A stretch of DNA of 24,000 nt from NCBI RefSeq assembly GCF_024347335.1, contig NZ_AP025464.1:982517-1006516 (forward strand), in the 5' to 3' direction. The translations under genes and the position numbers were made by a program. The stretch comes from Vibrio celticus. Its GTDB lineage: Bacteria > Pseudomonadota > Gammaproteobacteria > Enterobacterales > Vibrionaceae. The stretch's first letter is position 1. Every line of letters starts with the position of its first letter. Below are positions 8,826 through 17,634 of the stretch, in pieces. The notes under the pieces were generated by a model. That model saw only the letters and a program-made list of their open reading frames with translations. It had not been told where the DNA came from and did not search any database.

Positions 8826-10290
8826 TTACTTCTCGTTCGAAGCTATCCAAAGCTTATAAAAATCACTATAACCGGTTTGGTTAATCTCTACGCCATGAAC
8901 CTCAACACTGTTAAAAACCTTCTCTTTACCGTGAAATAACGGACAAAGTAACTTCTGTTGATAAAGCGAACCTTCAATCTCTTTCAGCTCGCTCATTGGG
9001 TCCTCGCCACTCACAGCAGCTCTAACTCTCTCGCAATGCGCCTTCATCTCAGAATTGTTGAAAATGAATCTGAGCCCAGAGGAAGCAAGTAGCCAATCGT
9101 AAAGGCCATAATCGGCTGGCTGTTCGATAACTTCTTCAATGAATAACAAGTCTGCCGACTCACTCATGGAGCTAGGGTCACTAATATTAGGAAGCTCAAT
9201 GACTTCAATCGTCACGCCAGTCTTTGCAATCGTTTGTTGCAGCCAGTCAGCCATCTCTTGAAGTAAAGGAATCGTCATTCTAGGTCGTGTTAACACAACA
9301 GTGCCGGTCAAAATAGGAATGGGATTGCTGCGTATTAATTTACTCGGCGAGAAAGACAGATCATCCGTCACCATATCAGCATCAAACTCTTTACTGCTGG
9401 ACTTGATAAACGATACCAGCCTGTCGAGTTCTTCAGGGGTGATGCCCGAGTTTTCTCTACGATTAACCGCAACATACGAAAGCGCATTGATTGTGGTTTC
9501 TTCAGCGACGCCAGATTGATTAAAACTCAGGGTGTGGTCATTTAAATCTTCTATGTCGGTGAGCGTTATCTGTTCTAACAAGGCATTTTGAGCAAAGTAA
9601 CCTCGGTGACGTTTAAGAACCAAGCGCTCTTCGCTCCAATCATCCAATGAGAAAGGACCGGTTCCGATATAGGCACTGCGCCCGCTCGAAAAATAAGTAC
9701 GCTTGCAACGATAAATAGACGCGTGAGGACTACTTAATGCATAGAGAAACATTGGGTTTGCGTGTGTTAGTTCAATAGTCAGTTGTTTATCACCCACCAC
9801 TTGAACATCACTGACCTGATCAAATAAAGATTGTACTGGCCCTTCGATATTTTTTAGCTGCAACAAACATTGAGCAACATCTTTGGCCGTTAAAGTTTCA
9901 CCGTCATGGAATAACACATTCGGTCTCAACCAAAAATGCAGAAGGCGTCCTTCCATCTTCCAATGGTGCGCGAGGCTCGCTTGAGGATTTCCCTCATGAT
10001 CTTGGACGAGTAACGTATTGTAGACACTTCTTAAGATGTGATGTTCGGCGGTTCGGTATGTTTTGGCTGGATCAAGGTTATCAACCCACGGATATTGAGT
10101 GATCAGCAAATGGTCATGTTGTTGATTGAACAAACTATGTTTTTCAGTCGCTAGCGTCAGTGCCTTTATTGCAGCATCACCATAGCTTTCTAGAAGACGA
10201 GGAATAACGTTAAAGCACCCTTGTTCTAACTGAAGCGCTAACACCTGTTCTAATGCTTCGGGAACGCTGACCAAAATTCTAAACTGGCTA
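8826..10290 (-). pseudogene. sgrR: SgrR-family transcriptional regulator, C-terminal solute-binding-like part (5' end removed by IS insertion and inversion)
   Basis: The frame is open up to the IS boundary (SQF-RILVSVPEALEQ…). The sequence resembles a family-5 periplasmic-binding-protein-like domain as found in SgrR. There is no HTH domain here. The missing N-terminus is at 15734-15934 on the other strand. Confidence 0.8.
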
Positions 10291-11677
10291 CATAGACAGG
10301 ATCTTAAGCTCTAAGCTATTTATTTAGATAGAAAAAAGGCTTCATTTATGATCAGATAATCGTCGCCAAACAAACCACCCATATCAACCGTGAAGCCGAT
10401 GACGATTATCTCCCTACAAAAGCAGTTTAAGCAATTCTTTAATGCTGATAGCCTTCAAAAAATGGCGAAAAGTACAGGACTTATGAAGCGATGTCGGGCT
10501 ATCTTACCCGACCAGCTAGTAGTAAGCCTAGTGGCCGCTTTGAGCAAAGGAAACTGCTCATCTATTGCCGATTTACTAAGGCAATTCAATGGGATGTGCT
10601 TAAGCGCTAAAAATACTGTGGCTTATAAGCCCTACCATAACCAGTTAAGAAAAGAAGAATTTCCGATATTCATGCGCCAATTGGCCATGCGAGCGATAGC
10701 TCAGTTTGCTCGCCAGCAGAGTGCCAACCTACCAGATAAACTCGCCACCTTTGATGATGTGCTGCTTCAAGATGGTAGCTCTTTCCACATTCATCGTGAC
10801 CTTTCGAACGTTTACCCGAGCCGATTTAAACGCAATCCAGCCGCAGTTGAATGCCATATGACAATGTCTTTAAAAAGCTTTTCTCCAGTCGCAATGAGCA
10901 TCAGCGCTGATACAGCATCAGAAAGAGACTTTTGCCCGCCCCAAAACAATGAGTAACAAATTGTTGTTGGCTGACGCAGGGTACCCTGACTTCCAATTCT
11001 TTACTGAGCTTGAACTGTATGGTGGTTTCTATATTTTCGAGGAGCAAAGTCCCTGAATCCTCATGTTATAGAAGCGAGAAACGGTCAGGGCCGGCATTTA
11101 TCTAAACTAGAAGGAAAGAAGCTCAAAGACATCACTCGAGGTACTAATCGCTCACAGGTACTCGACCTTAAAGTTCGTAGTGGTAAGCAAGAATTTAGAG
11201 TGGTAAGACGTTGGTTTGCCGAAGAAAAGCGATTCTGTATTTGGTTAACTAACTTGCCTTCAGGTACCTATACTGCTGATGACATAATGGCGATCTACCG
11301 CTGTCGATGGCAGGTGGAGTTGCTTTTTAAAGAATTAAAATCTCACACAAACTGGCAACGATTTGTCACCGCACAAAAGGCCATCGTTGATGGGCTTATC
11401 TGGGCCAGTTTACTCTCGCTGATCATCAGGCGCAGTACTGCGCTTCAGATAATGCCATCGGTCTCGCTGTTTAAGGCGGCAAAAAATGTGGATGTGTGGC
11501 TGTTGCCCATATTTGAATGTATCAGCCACAAGGCATGGTCAGAAATAGGTAATAAACTGGAATGGGCCTCTAGCTATATATTTAAGAACGCACAAAAGTC
11601 CGCCCAGAGGAAGTCAAAGAAAAACATCACGTTAGACGGGATTTATGCTGGTCTTAATGCTTAAGGTTCAGTCTATG
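10291..11677 (+). mobile_element. IS4-family insertion sequence, copy A (1387 bp)
   Basis: The ends are CATAGAC…GTCTATG. It is nearly identical to the reverse complement of 15935-17320; I found 2 substitutions and 1 single-nt indel. The flanking 10-mers are aaactggcta on the left and tagcggccat on the right. Confidence 0.9.
10390..11664 (+). pseudogene. IS4-family DDE transposase, copy A, broken by two frameshifts
   Basis: The first D (LLQDGSSF) is in frame 1 and ends at TAA 10954-10956. The second D (MSNKLLLADAGYPDF) is in frame 2 and ends at TGA 11054-11056. The YREK motif (YRCRWQVELLFKELK) is back in frame 1. The shifts map to a C4/A4 run near 10939-10946 and a T4 run at 11034-11037. Confidence 0.8.
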
Positions 11678-11991
11678 TAGCGGCCATAGCTTCCCTCCCA
11701 AATATTAATCATTTGAAAATGCGTTACCCTAACTCTTTTAAAGGGTCGTATTACGTCAAATGAGTAATAAAAATCAAGTTACATCACTGCTGTTAATTAT
11801 TTTTAGTTTAATCATTTGCCTAAATAGCTAGATTAGCAAGTCTGGCTCTCAATTTATCTCAAAGTTTTTACGACCACTGTTTATTAAGGCTACTTTTATA
11901 AGAGCTAGAATTAGCGTTATAAGAACTGGGCTAACCTTAAAGTGATGAGTTAATCGGTTTGTGGCTTTGTTGAATGTCGTGAGAGGGTAGA

Positions 11992-12828
11992 ATGAGAAAG
12001 TGTCGATGGTTAGTCTTATTAGTCTGTTTTGTATTCGCTGGTTGCGGGACTAAACTTGCCTACAACAATATAAGCTGGTTTGCGGTTAGCTATATTGAAG
12101 ACTTTGTTTCTCTATCCAACAGTCAAGAATCAGAGCTCGAAGAGCGCCTCGACTTATTACAGCAATGGCACAAAGAAACTCAGCTACCTCTGTATATCTC
12201 GCAATTAGAAGCGATTCAGAACGTAGATCGGTCGGATATGAATCCCGCTTTTATTGTGGGTCAAAGTGAAGAAACTAAAGAGCATATTCGCTCAATCGTT
12301 AATAAGTTCGCTCCAGATATTTACGCCTTGAGTATGCAGCTTAGCCCTGAGCAAGACAGAGAATTTTTAAAGAACTTTCGTGAAAAGCAGCAAGACTATT
12401 ATGAAGAAAGGTTGTCGTTGAACGATGAAGATTCGAGAGAGCGATACAGAACTAGAATAGAAGAGCGGGCAGAGCGGTGGTTAGGTTCGGTGTCTAAAGA
12501 ACAAAAACAGATTATTCTGGCTTGGTCTCAAGAGTGGGTAAACACCAATAACAGCTGGCGACAATATCAAAACAACACCTATCAAGAGCTAACGACGCTG
12601 ATGGCAAAGAAGAGCGACCTGCATATTGCTCAGCCGATTATCATGAAATTGCTTTTAAACAATGAAGCTTATTATCCTGATGAACTTGAGTCACAACTCA
12701 ACCAAAATATGGAAACATCAGCCAAGTTTTTAGTAGATATCGCCGCGACCAGCAGTAACAAGCAGTGGGCGTATTTTATGAATGAATTAGAAAGCCTCAA
12801 AGGAACGTTGAAGTCATTGCAAGAGTAG
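11992..12828 (+). CDS. Putative lipoprotein of unknown function (DUF6279-like)
   Basis: The 278-aa ORF has a signal peptide with lipobox FAGC (MRKCRWLVLLVCFVFAGCGTK). The rest is a charged, helical-looking body. The family name is from memory and unverified. Confidence 0.7.
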   Translation: MRKCRWLVLLVCFVFAGCGTKLAYNNISWFAVSYIEDFVSLSNSQESELEERLDLLQQWHKETQLPLYISQLEAIQNVDRSDMNPAFIVGQSEETKEHIRSIVNKFAPDIYALSMQLSPEQDREFLKNFREKQQDYYEERLSLNDEDSRERYRTRIEERAERWLGSVSKEQKQIILAWSQEWVNTNNSWRQYQNNTYQELTTLMAKKSDLHIAQPIIMKLLLNNEAYYPDELESQLNQNMETSAKFLVDIAATSSNKQWAYFMNELESLKGTLKSLQE

Positions 12829-12840
12829 AGCGTCCCTTTT

Positions 12841-12872
12841 AAAGGCTAGCGGTTATTGTCGAGCTAGCCTTT
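12841..12872. terminator. Hairpin between convergent genes (possible bidirectional terminator)
   Basis: The sequence is AAAGGCTAGCggttattgtcgaGCTAGCCTTT. It has a 10-bp perfect stem and a 12-nt loop. There is no long U-tract beyond the stem, so confidence is modest. Confidence 0.4.
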
Positions 12873-12900
12873 CATCCCACTTTAAGGTGAATTTCGGAAC

Positions 12901-13524
12901 CTAACCCCTGTTGCTCATCAGTAGTTTTGGAATCGAACCTTTGGCTGTCTTCGATATTTTCTGCATCAATTGGAAGCTCGGCTGTTGAATACCGTGGTCA
13001 CTCTGCAGCTCATCGATCATTAATAACCACAACCTTGCTGTCATTTCTGAATCGGCTAATGCTCGGTGGAAAGTGCCGTCGTTATCTATTTGCTTGAATC
13101 GAACTAGGTCGCCCAACTTATGGGTCGGAGCGTCTTGGATTAGCCGACGAGCAATCAACATTGAGCATGCAAACTGTCCATTGTAATCACGCCCAATATT
13201 GTCTAATTCTGCGTCGAGAAAGCGTTTATCAAACGAGGCATTATGAGCCACAAGCTGACTGTCTTGAATAAAGCCTGCAAACTCATCCATCACTTCACTG
13301 CAACTGGCCGCGGTACTTAGCATTCGGTTAGTAATGCCGGTGTAGCTTTCAATGAAGCCACTCACACGAAACCCTGGGTTCATGAGTTGTTGGAAGGTGT
13401 CGACGACTTCGCCGTTAACGAGTTTTACCGCACCGATCTCAATCGCTCGATCGCCCATATTGGGTGATAAGCCTGTGGTTTCGAAATCGAGAACGATAAC
13501 GGAATCTGCGGAGTTTGAAGCCAT
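12901..13524 (-). CDS. DEDDh 3'-5' exonuclease, DnaQ/epsilon-like
   Basis: The 207-aa ORF has Exo I (VLDFETTGL), Exo II (LVAHNASFDKRFL) and Exo III (HRALADSEMTARL) motifs. An AGGAA ribosome-binding site precedes the ATG. Confidence 0.88.
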   Translation of the reverse strand: MASNSADSVIVLDFETTGLSPNMGDRAIEIGAVKLVNGEVVDTFQQLMNPGFRVSGFIESYTGITNRMLSTAASCSEVMDEFAGFIQDSQLVAHNASFDKRFLDAELDNIGRDYNGQFACSMLIARRLIQDAPTHKLGDLVRFKQIDNDGTFHRALADSEMTARLWLLMIDELQSDHGIQQPSFQLMQKISKTAKGSIPKLLMSNRG

Positions 13525-13594
13525 CGTGTTTCCTAATTGCTGTTTGGGAGTATCGCTTTATATGGGGCGTTTGGTGTTGCTATGGGTAAATCCG

Positions 13595-13996
13595 TTATTT
13601 GCTAGTGCCGATAACAAGCTCAGTGTACCCCGTTGAATCGTCATGCTCTCTGTTGAAGGTCAAAGTATCGTAGCGGTGAACGATCAGTTCAGCCGTGGTT
13701 GCGATAATCGTCCCTTCAAGCAAATGCCCACCAATCACATTGCCATTTTCATCAGCAACGGATATATGAACATGCTGGTGGTTTGGGGTTAGCGTTGCCA
13801 TCACCGAGACTATTTCGAACGGAGCTTGGACGAGCTTGGTGTTGTTCGCATTAGCTAGACGAATATTGAGCTGAGAGACACAACCAACACAAGACGCGAT
13901 AGAGCCTGCCGAGATGTTGTGTGTGGTCACTAACCTTTGGATCTCAAGCTTTAGGTCTTGCCCGCGGGTTAATCTCGTTGCGATAGGAGTGATCAT
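13595..13996 (-). CDS. PPC (DUF296) domain protein
   Basis: The 133-aa ORF has the PPC-like pattern (…ISAGSIASCVGCVSQLNIRLA…HVHISVADENGNVIGGHL…). A GAGG ribosome-binding site precedes the ATG. Confidence 0.75.
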   Translation of the reverse strand: MITPIATRLTRGQDLKLEIQRLVTTHNISAGSIASCVGCVSQLNIRLANANNTKLVQAPFEIVSVMATLTPNHQHVHISVADENGNVIGGHLLEGTIIATTAELIVHRYDTLTFNREHDDSTGYTELVIGTSK

Positions 13997-14031
13997 CTTA
14001 TTGCCTCAGCGTTATATGTATTTCAAAGAAC

Positions 14032-14059
14032 AAAACGAAGCCACATAGGGCTTCGTTTT
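14032..14059 (-). terminator. Rho-independent terminator downstream of the rhlE-like gene
   Basis: The sequence AAAACGAAGCCacatagGGCTTCGTTTT has an 11-bp stem and a 6-nt loop, with T-rich sequence on both sides. Confidence 0.6.
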
Positions 14060-14129
14060 ATTTTCATTTTGGCTAACGCGACTTTTCTTTTGGTTAATGC
14101 AACTTTGCATTTTCTGTCGCTGAAATTAC

Positions 14130-15326
14130 TTAGTCTTGTTGCTGTTCTCTTTTCTTCTTAGGAACGAAGTTCAATACTGAGATTGGCACTTCTTTGCGTG
14201 GTTCGAAACCTTCAACAACGCGACGTTCAATCAAGTGACCCAGACGCTTTTCAATAATGCACAGGTTTTTGAAGTTATCTTTCGATAGGAAAGAGATCGC
14301 TTCGCCAGATGCATCAGCACGGCCTGTACGACCAATACGGTGAACATAGTCATCTGCAGGGAAAGGCATGTCGTAGTTCACTACGCGGCTTAGGTTGTCG
14401 ATATCGATACCACGAGCAGCAACCCCCGTCGCGACTAAGTATTTTAGGCGGCCTTTCTTGAAGTCAGCCAAGATCTTTTCACGAATTGCTTGGCTACGTC
14501 CACTGTGGAAAGCTTCAGCTTGAATGCCACGTTTCTCAAGTTGAGCAACCAACTTAGCCGCGCCATGTTTAGTTTCGATAAATATAAGCGCTTGGTCCCA
14601 GTTACCTTCGGTAATCATGTGGCTCAATAGTGCTGACTTACGGTCTTTATCTACGGTTACCAACCATTGCTCAATGTTCGCTTTAGAAGCGTCAGTTTTG
14701 GCAATTGAAATCTCTTCTGCTTCACTGATAGCACTTTTCGCTAGCGCACGCACTGGCGTTGAAAGCGTTGCTGAGAACAGTAAGTTTTGGATGTCTTGTG
14801 GTAAACGAGCAATGATCTTGTTGATGTCTTCAATGAAACCCATGTCTAGCATGCGGTCTGCTTCATCTAGAACCAGTACTTCCACTTCATCAAAGTGAAC
14901 AGCACGTTGACCGTACATGTCGATCAAACGACCTGGTGTTGCCACAAGAATGTCGACACCTTCAATCAAGCGATCTTTCTGGTGTTGGTAAGATACGCCA
15001 CCGTACATCGCTAGTGATGTTAGGTTTAGGAACTTCGCGTACTTAGTGATGTTCTGTTCAACCTGAATCGCAAGCTCACGAGTTGGTGTCAGAATAACAG
15101 CGCGAATACGTTTTTTACGTTGTGTTTCACCTTTACTTAGCATTTCTAAGATAGGGAGAACAAAGCTCGCAGTTTTACCTGTACCTGTTTGTGCTGCCGC
15201 AATAAGGTTCTTACCAGAAAGTACAATCGGAATTGCTTTTTCTTGAATAGAGGTTGGCTTTTCATAGCCTTGTTTTGCAACGGCTTTAACAATAGGTGAG
15301 CTTAATCCAAGCTTGGAAAATGGCAT
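14130..15326 (-). CDS. rhlE: DEAD-box ATP-dependent RNA helicase, RhlE-like
   Basis: The 398-aa ORF has a Q-motif (GYEKPTSIQ), motif I (AQTGTGKT), DEAD (VLDEADRM), SAT, and motif VI (HRIGRTGRA). Confidence 0.9.
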   Translation of the reverse strand: MPFSKLGLSSPIVKAVAKQGYEKPTSIQEKAIPIVLSGKNLIAAAQTGTGKTASFVLPILEMLSKGETQRKKRIRAVILTPTRELAIQVEQNITKYAKFLNLTSLAMYGGVSYQHQKDRLIEGVDILVATPGRLIDMYGQRAVHFDEVEVLVLDEADRMLDMGFIEDINKIIARLPQDIQNLLFSATLSTPVRALAKSAISEAEEISIAKTDASKANIEQWLVTVDKDRKSALLSHMITEGNWDQALIFIETKHGAAKLVAQLEKRGIQAEAFHSGRSQAIREKILADFKKGRLKYLVATGVAARGIDIDNLSRVVNYDMPFPADDYVHRIGRTGRADASGEAISFLSKDNFKNLCIIEKRLGHLIERRVVEGFEPRKEVPISVLNFVPKKKREQQQD

Positions 15327-15733
15327 AAGTTTCTCGGTATGATTTGGCTAAATAGCGATGGAAAGGTTTAACAATCTTATACAAGGATAAGATTAATGGC
15401 GGCATTCTACCATGTTGCTTGTATACCGCTAGTAACATAGACACTTTAGTTGGATAATACTGGCTCAATAGCACAACGATAAGGCAGGAATGTAGAGCAA
15501 ATAACAAATAGCAAATCCGGTGGAGGATTAATCTCCCACTTATTTTTGCCACTGAATATGCACGATCAGTGATTATTTTGTTTGCTAAAAGAGGTGTTTA
15601 TCAATTAAGTTGGATCTTGATATTATTTATATCAACAGTTTCATACAGCATATTCCAACTTGAATGAGTAAATAGACCTCCCATTTGGGTTACAGCTATT
15701 CTCGTTCCACTAGACGCTTGATTCGGATATCCA

Positions 15734-15934
15734 TTGAACGACGCTAACTTACGTAGACTTCAGCAGCTTATTGCAAAGTATGAATTAGGTGAAGAGTATC
15801 ACCTAACGATCGATGATCTAGAGCACTCGCTATCGACTTCTCGCAGAAACACTTCGATCATTCTTAAATGCTTATCGGAATATCGCTGGATTTGTTGGAT
15901 TCCGTCCAAAGGAAGAGGGAAGCTTAGCCAGTTT
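15734..15934 (+). pseudogene. sgrR: SgrR-family regulator, N-terminal DNA-binding (SgrR_N/HTH) part
   Basis: The only possible start is TTG at 15734, because an in-frame stop lies at 15719-15721. The sequence NDANLRRLQQLIAKYELGEEYHLTIDDLEHSLSTSRRNTSIILKCLSEYRWICWIPSKGRGKLSQF resembles the SgrR N-terminal domain. The frame then runs into the IS end, and the tail HRLNLKH* is IS-encoded. This fragment and the 10280-8826 part total 1656 nt, giving 551 aa in frame. Confidence 0.8.
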
Positions 15935-17320
15935 CATAGACTGAACCTTAAGCATTAAGACCAGCATAAATCCCGTCTAACGTGATGTTTTTCTTTGACT
16001 TCCTCTGGGCGGACTTTTGTGCGTTCTTAAATATATAGCTAGAGGCCCATTCCAGTTTATTGCCTATTTCTGACCATGCCTTGTGGCTGATACATTCAAA
16101 TATGGGCAACAGCCACACATCCACATTTTTTGCCGCCTTAAACAGCGAGACCGATGGCATTATCTGAAGCGCAGTACTGCGCCTGATGATCAGCGAGAGT
16201 AAACTGGCCCAGATAAGCCCATCAACGATGGCCTTTTGTGCGGTGACAAATCGTTGCCAGTTTGTGTGAGATTTTAATTCTTTAAAAAGCAACTCCACCT
16301 GCCATCGACAGCGGTAGATCGCCATTATGTCATCAGCAGTATAGGTACCTGAAGGCAAGTTAGTTAACCAAATACAGAATCGCTTTTCTTCGGCAAACCA
16401 ACGTCTTACCACTCTAAATTCTTGCTTACCACTACGAACTTTAAGGTCGAGTACCTGTGAGCGATTAGTACCTCGAGTGATGTCTTTGAGCTTCTTTCCT
16501 TCTAGTTTAGATAAATGCCGGCCCTGACCGTTTCTCGCTTCTATAACATGAGGATTCAGGGACTTTGCTCCTCGAAAATATAGAAACCACCATACAGTTC
16601 AAGCTCAGTAAAGAATTGGAAGTCAGGGTACCCTGCGTCAGCCAACAACAATTTGTTACTCATTGTTTTGGGGCGGGCAAAAGTCTCTTTCTGATGCTGT
16701 ATCAGCGCTGATGCTCATTGCGACTGGAGAAAAGCTTTTTAAAGACATTGTCATATGGCATTCAACTGCGGCTGGATTGCGTTTAAATCGGCTCGGGTAA
16801 ACGTTCGAAAGGTCACGATGAATGTGGAAAGAGCTACCATCTTGAAGCAGCACATCATCAAAGGTGGCGAGTTTATCTGGTAGGTTGGCACTCTGCTGGC
16901 GAGCAAACTGAGCTATCGCTCGCATGGCCAATTGGCGCATGAATATCGGAAATTCTTCTTTCTTAACTGGTTATGGTAGGGCTTATAAGCCACAGTATCT
17001 TTAGCGCTTAAGCACATCCCATTGAATTGCCTTAGTAAATCGGCAATAGATGAGCAGTTTCCTTTGCTCAAAGCGGCCACTAGGCTTACTACTAGCTGGT
17101 CGGGTAAGATAGCCCGACATCGCTTCATAAGTCCTGTACTTTTCGCCATTTTTTGAAGGCTATCAGCATTAAAGAATTGCTTAAACTGCTTTTGTAGGGA
17201 GATAATCGTCATCGGCTTCACGGTTGATATGGGTGGTTTGTTTGGCGACGATTATCTGATCATAAATGAAGCCTTTTTTCTATCTAAATAAATAGCTTAG
17301 AGCTTAAGATCCTGTCTATG
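15935..17320 (-). mobile_element. IS4-family insertion sequence, copy B (1386 bp), inverted relative to copy A
   Basis: It is the reverse complement of copy A apart from c16999 (Asn to Asp), g16062 (synonymous) and a T3 run at 16959-16961 where copy A has A4. In the element's own orientation the flanking 10-mers are tagcggccat on the left and aaactggcta on the right, the swap of copy A. Confidence 0.9.
15948..17221 (-). pseudogene. IS4-family DDE transposase, copy B, broken by three frameshifts
   Basis: It has the same two frameshifts as copy A. An extra 1-nt deletion in the A-run splits the first ORF into 102-aa and 94-aa pieces. Confidence 0.8.
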
Positions 17321-17494
17321 ATGGCCGCTATTCCTGATCATACAAGCGATTTAGAATATGAGCTTTGTTATTTTGACGATGGATCAATAACCACAATCAC
17401 GATATTCGTTCACAATCGACAGGAAGCGATGACTTGGTATCTTAGCGAAGGAAAACATATCAACGATCTTTATTCGATAAGACCCGATGAATAA
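17321..17494 (+). CDS. Small hypothetical protein (57 aa), below the ORF-track size cutoff
   Basis: It reads ATGGCCGCTATT…GATGAATAA, giving MAAIPDHTSDLEYELCYFDDGSITTITIFVHNRQEAMTWYLSEGKHINDLYSIRPDE. The start codon lies inside the IS target duplication. The pre-insertion upstream sequence, now at 11688-11700 in reverse complement, reads GGGAGGGAAGCT-ATG, a good ribosome-binding site. There is no homology support. Confidence 0.35.
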   Translation: MAAIPDHTSDLEYELCYFDDGSITTITIFVHNRQEAMTWYLSEGKHINDLYSIRPDE

Positions 17495-17634
17495 TGCTTT
17501 GGTATAGAGGACTAGGTCGATAAACCTAAGAGAAGAAACTTGAGTGGCATTTTGTGGAACACCCTTTACTGCAATGCCATTAATTAGCAATGTCATTAAT
17601 TAGACATATCGCAGCAAAGGGGTTCAGTCTCGAA

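Noticed and set aside
8668-8850. A 60-aa ORF in the spacer between sgrR and the lipoprotein gene, and the similar 88-aa ORF at 15286-15552.
   Set aside because: Both lie in promoter or leader regions and overlap the ends of real genes. Neither has translation signals.
10291-17320. Two inverted IS4-family copies bracketing four cargo genes could be a composite transposon.
   Set aside because: The outer flanks (aaactggcta and atggccgcta) are not a direct repeat. One half of the interrupted sgrR gene lies inside the bracket and the other half outside. The swapped duplications fit an inversion, not a composite-transposon insertion.
17384-17596. A 70-aa minus-strand ORF between IS copy B and dbpA.
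   Set aside because: It has no ribosome-binding site and an implausible sequence. It overlaps the better-supported plus-strand 57-aa ORF, and its 5' part covers the likely dbpA terminator region.
17621-17630. The 10-mer ggttcagtct just downstream of dbpA matches the first 10 nt of the IS4-family right end (…ggttcagtctatg), which could mean a solo inverted repeat.
   Set aside because: The match stops after 10 nt and there is no adjacent IS-like sequence. A single 10-mer hit in 24 kb on two strands is within chance expectation.
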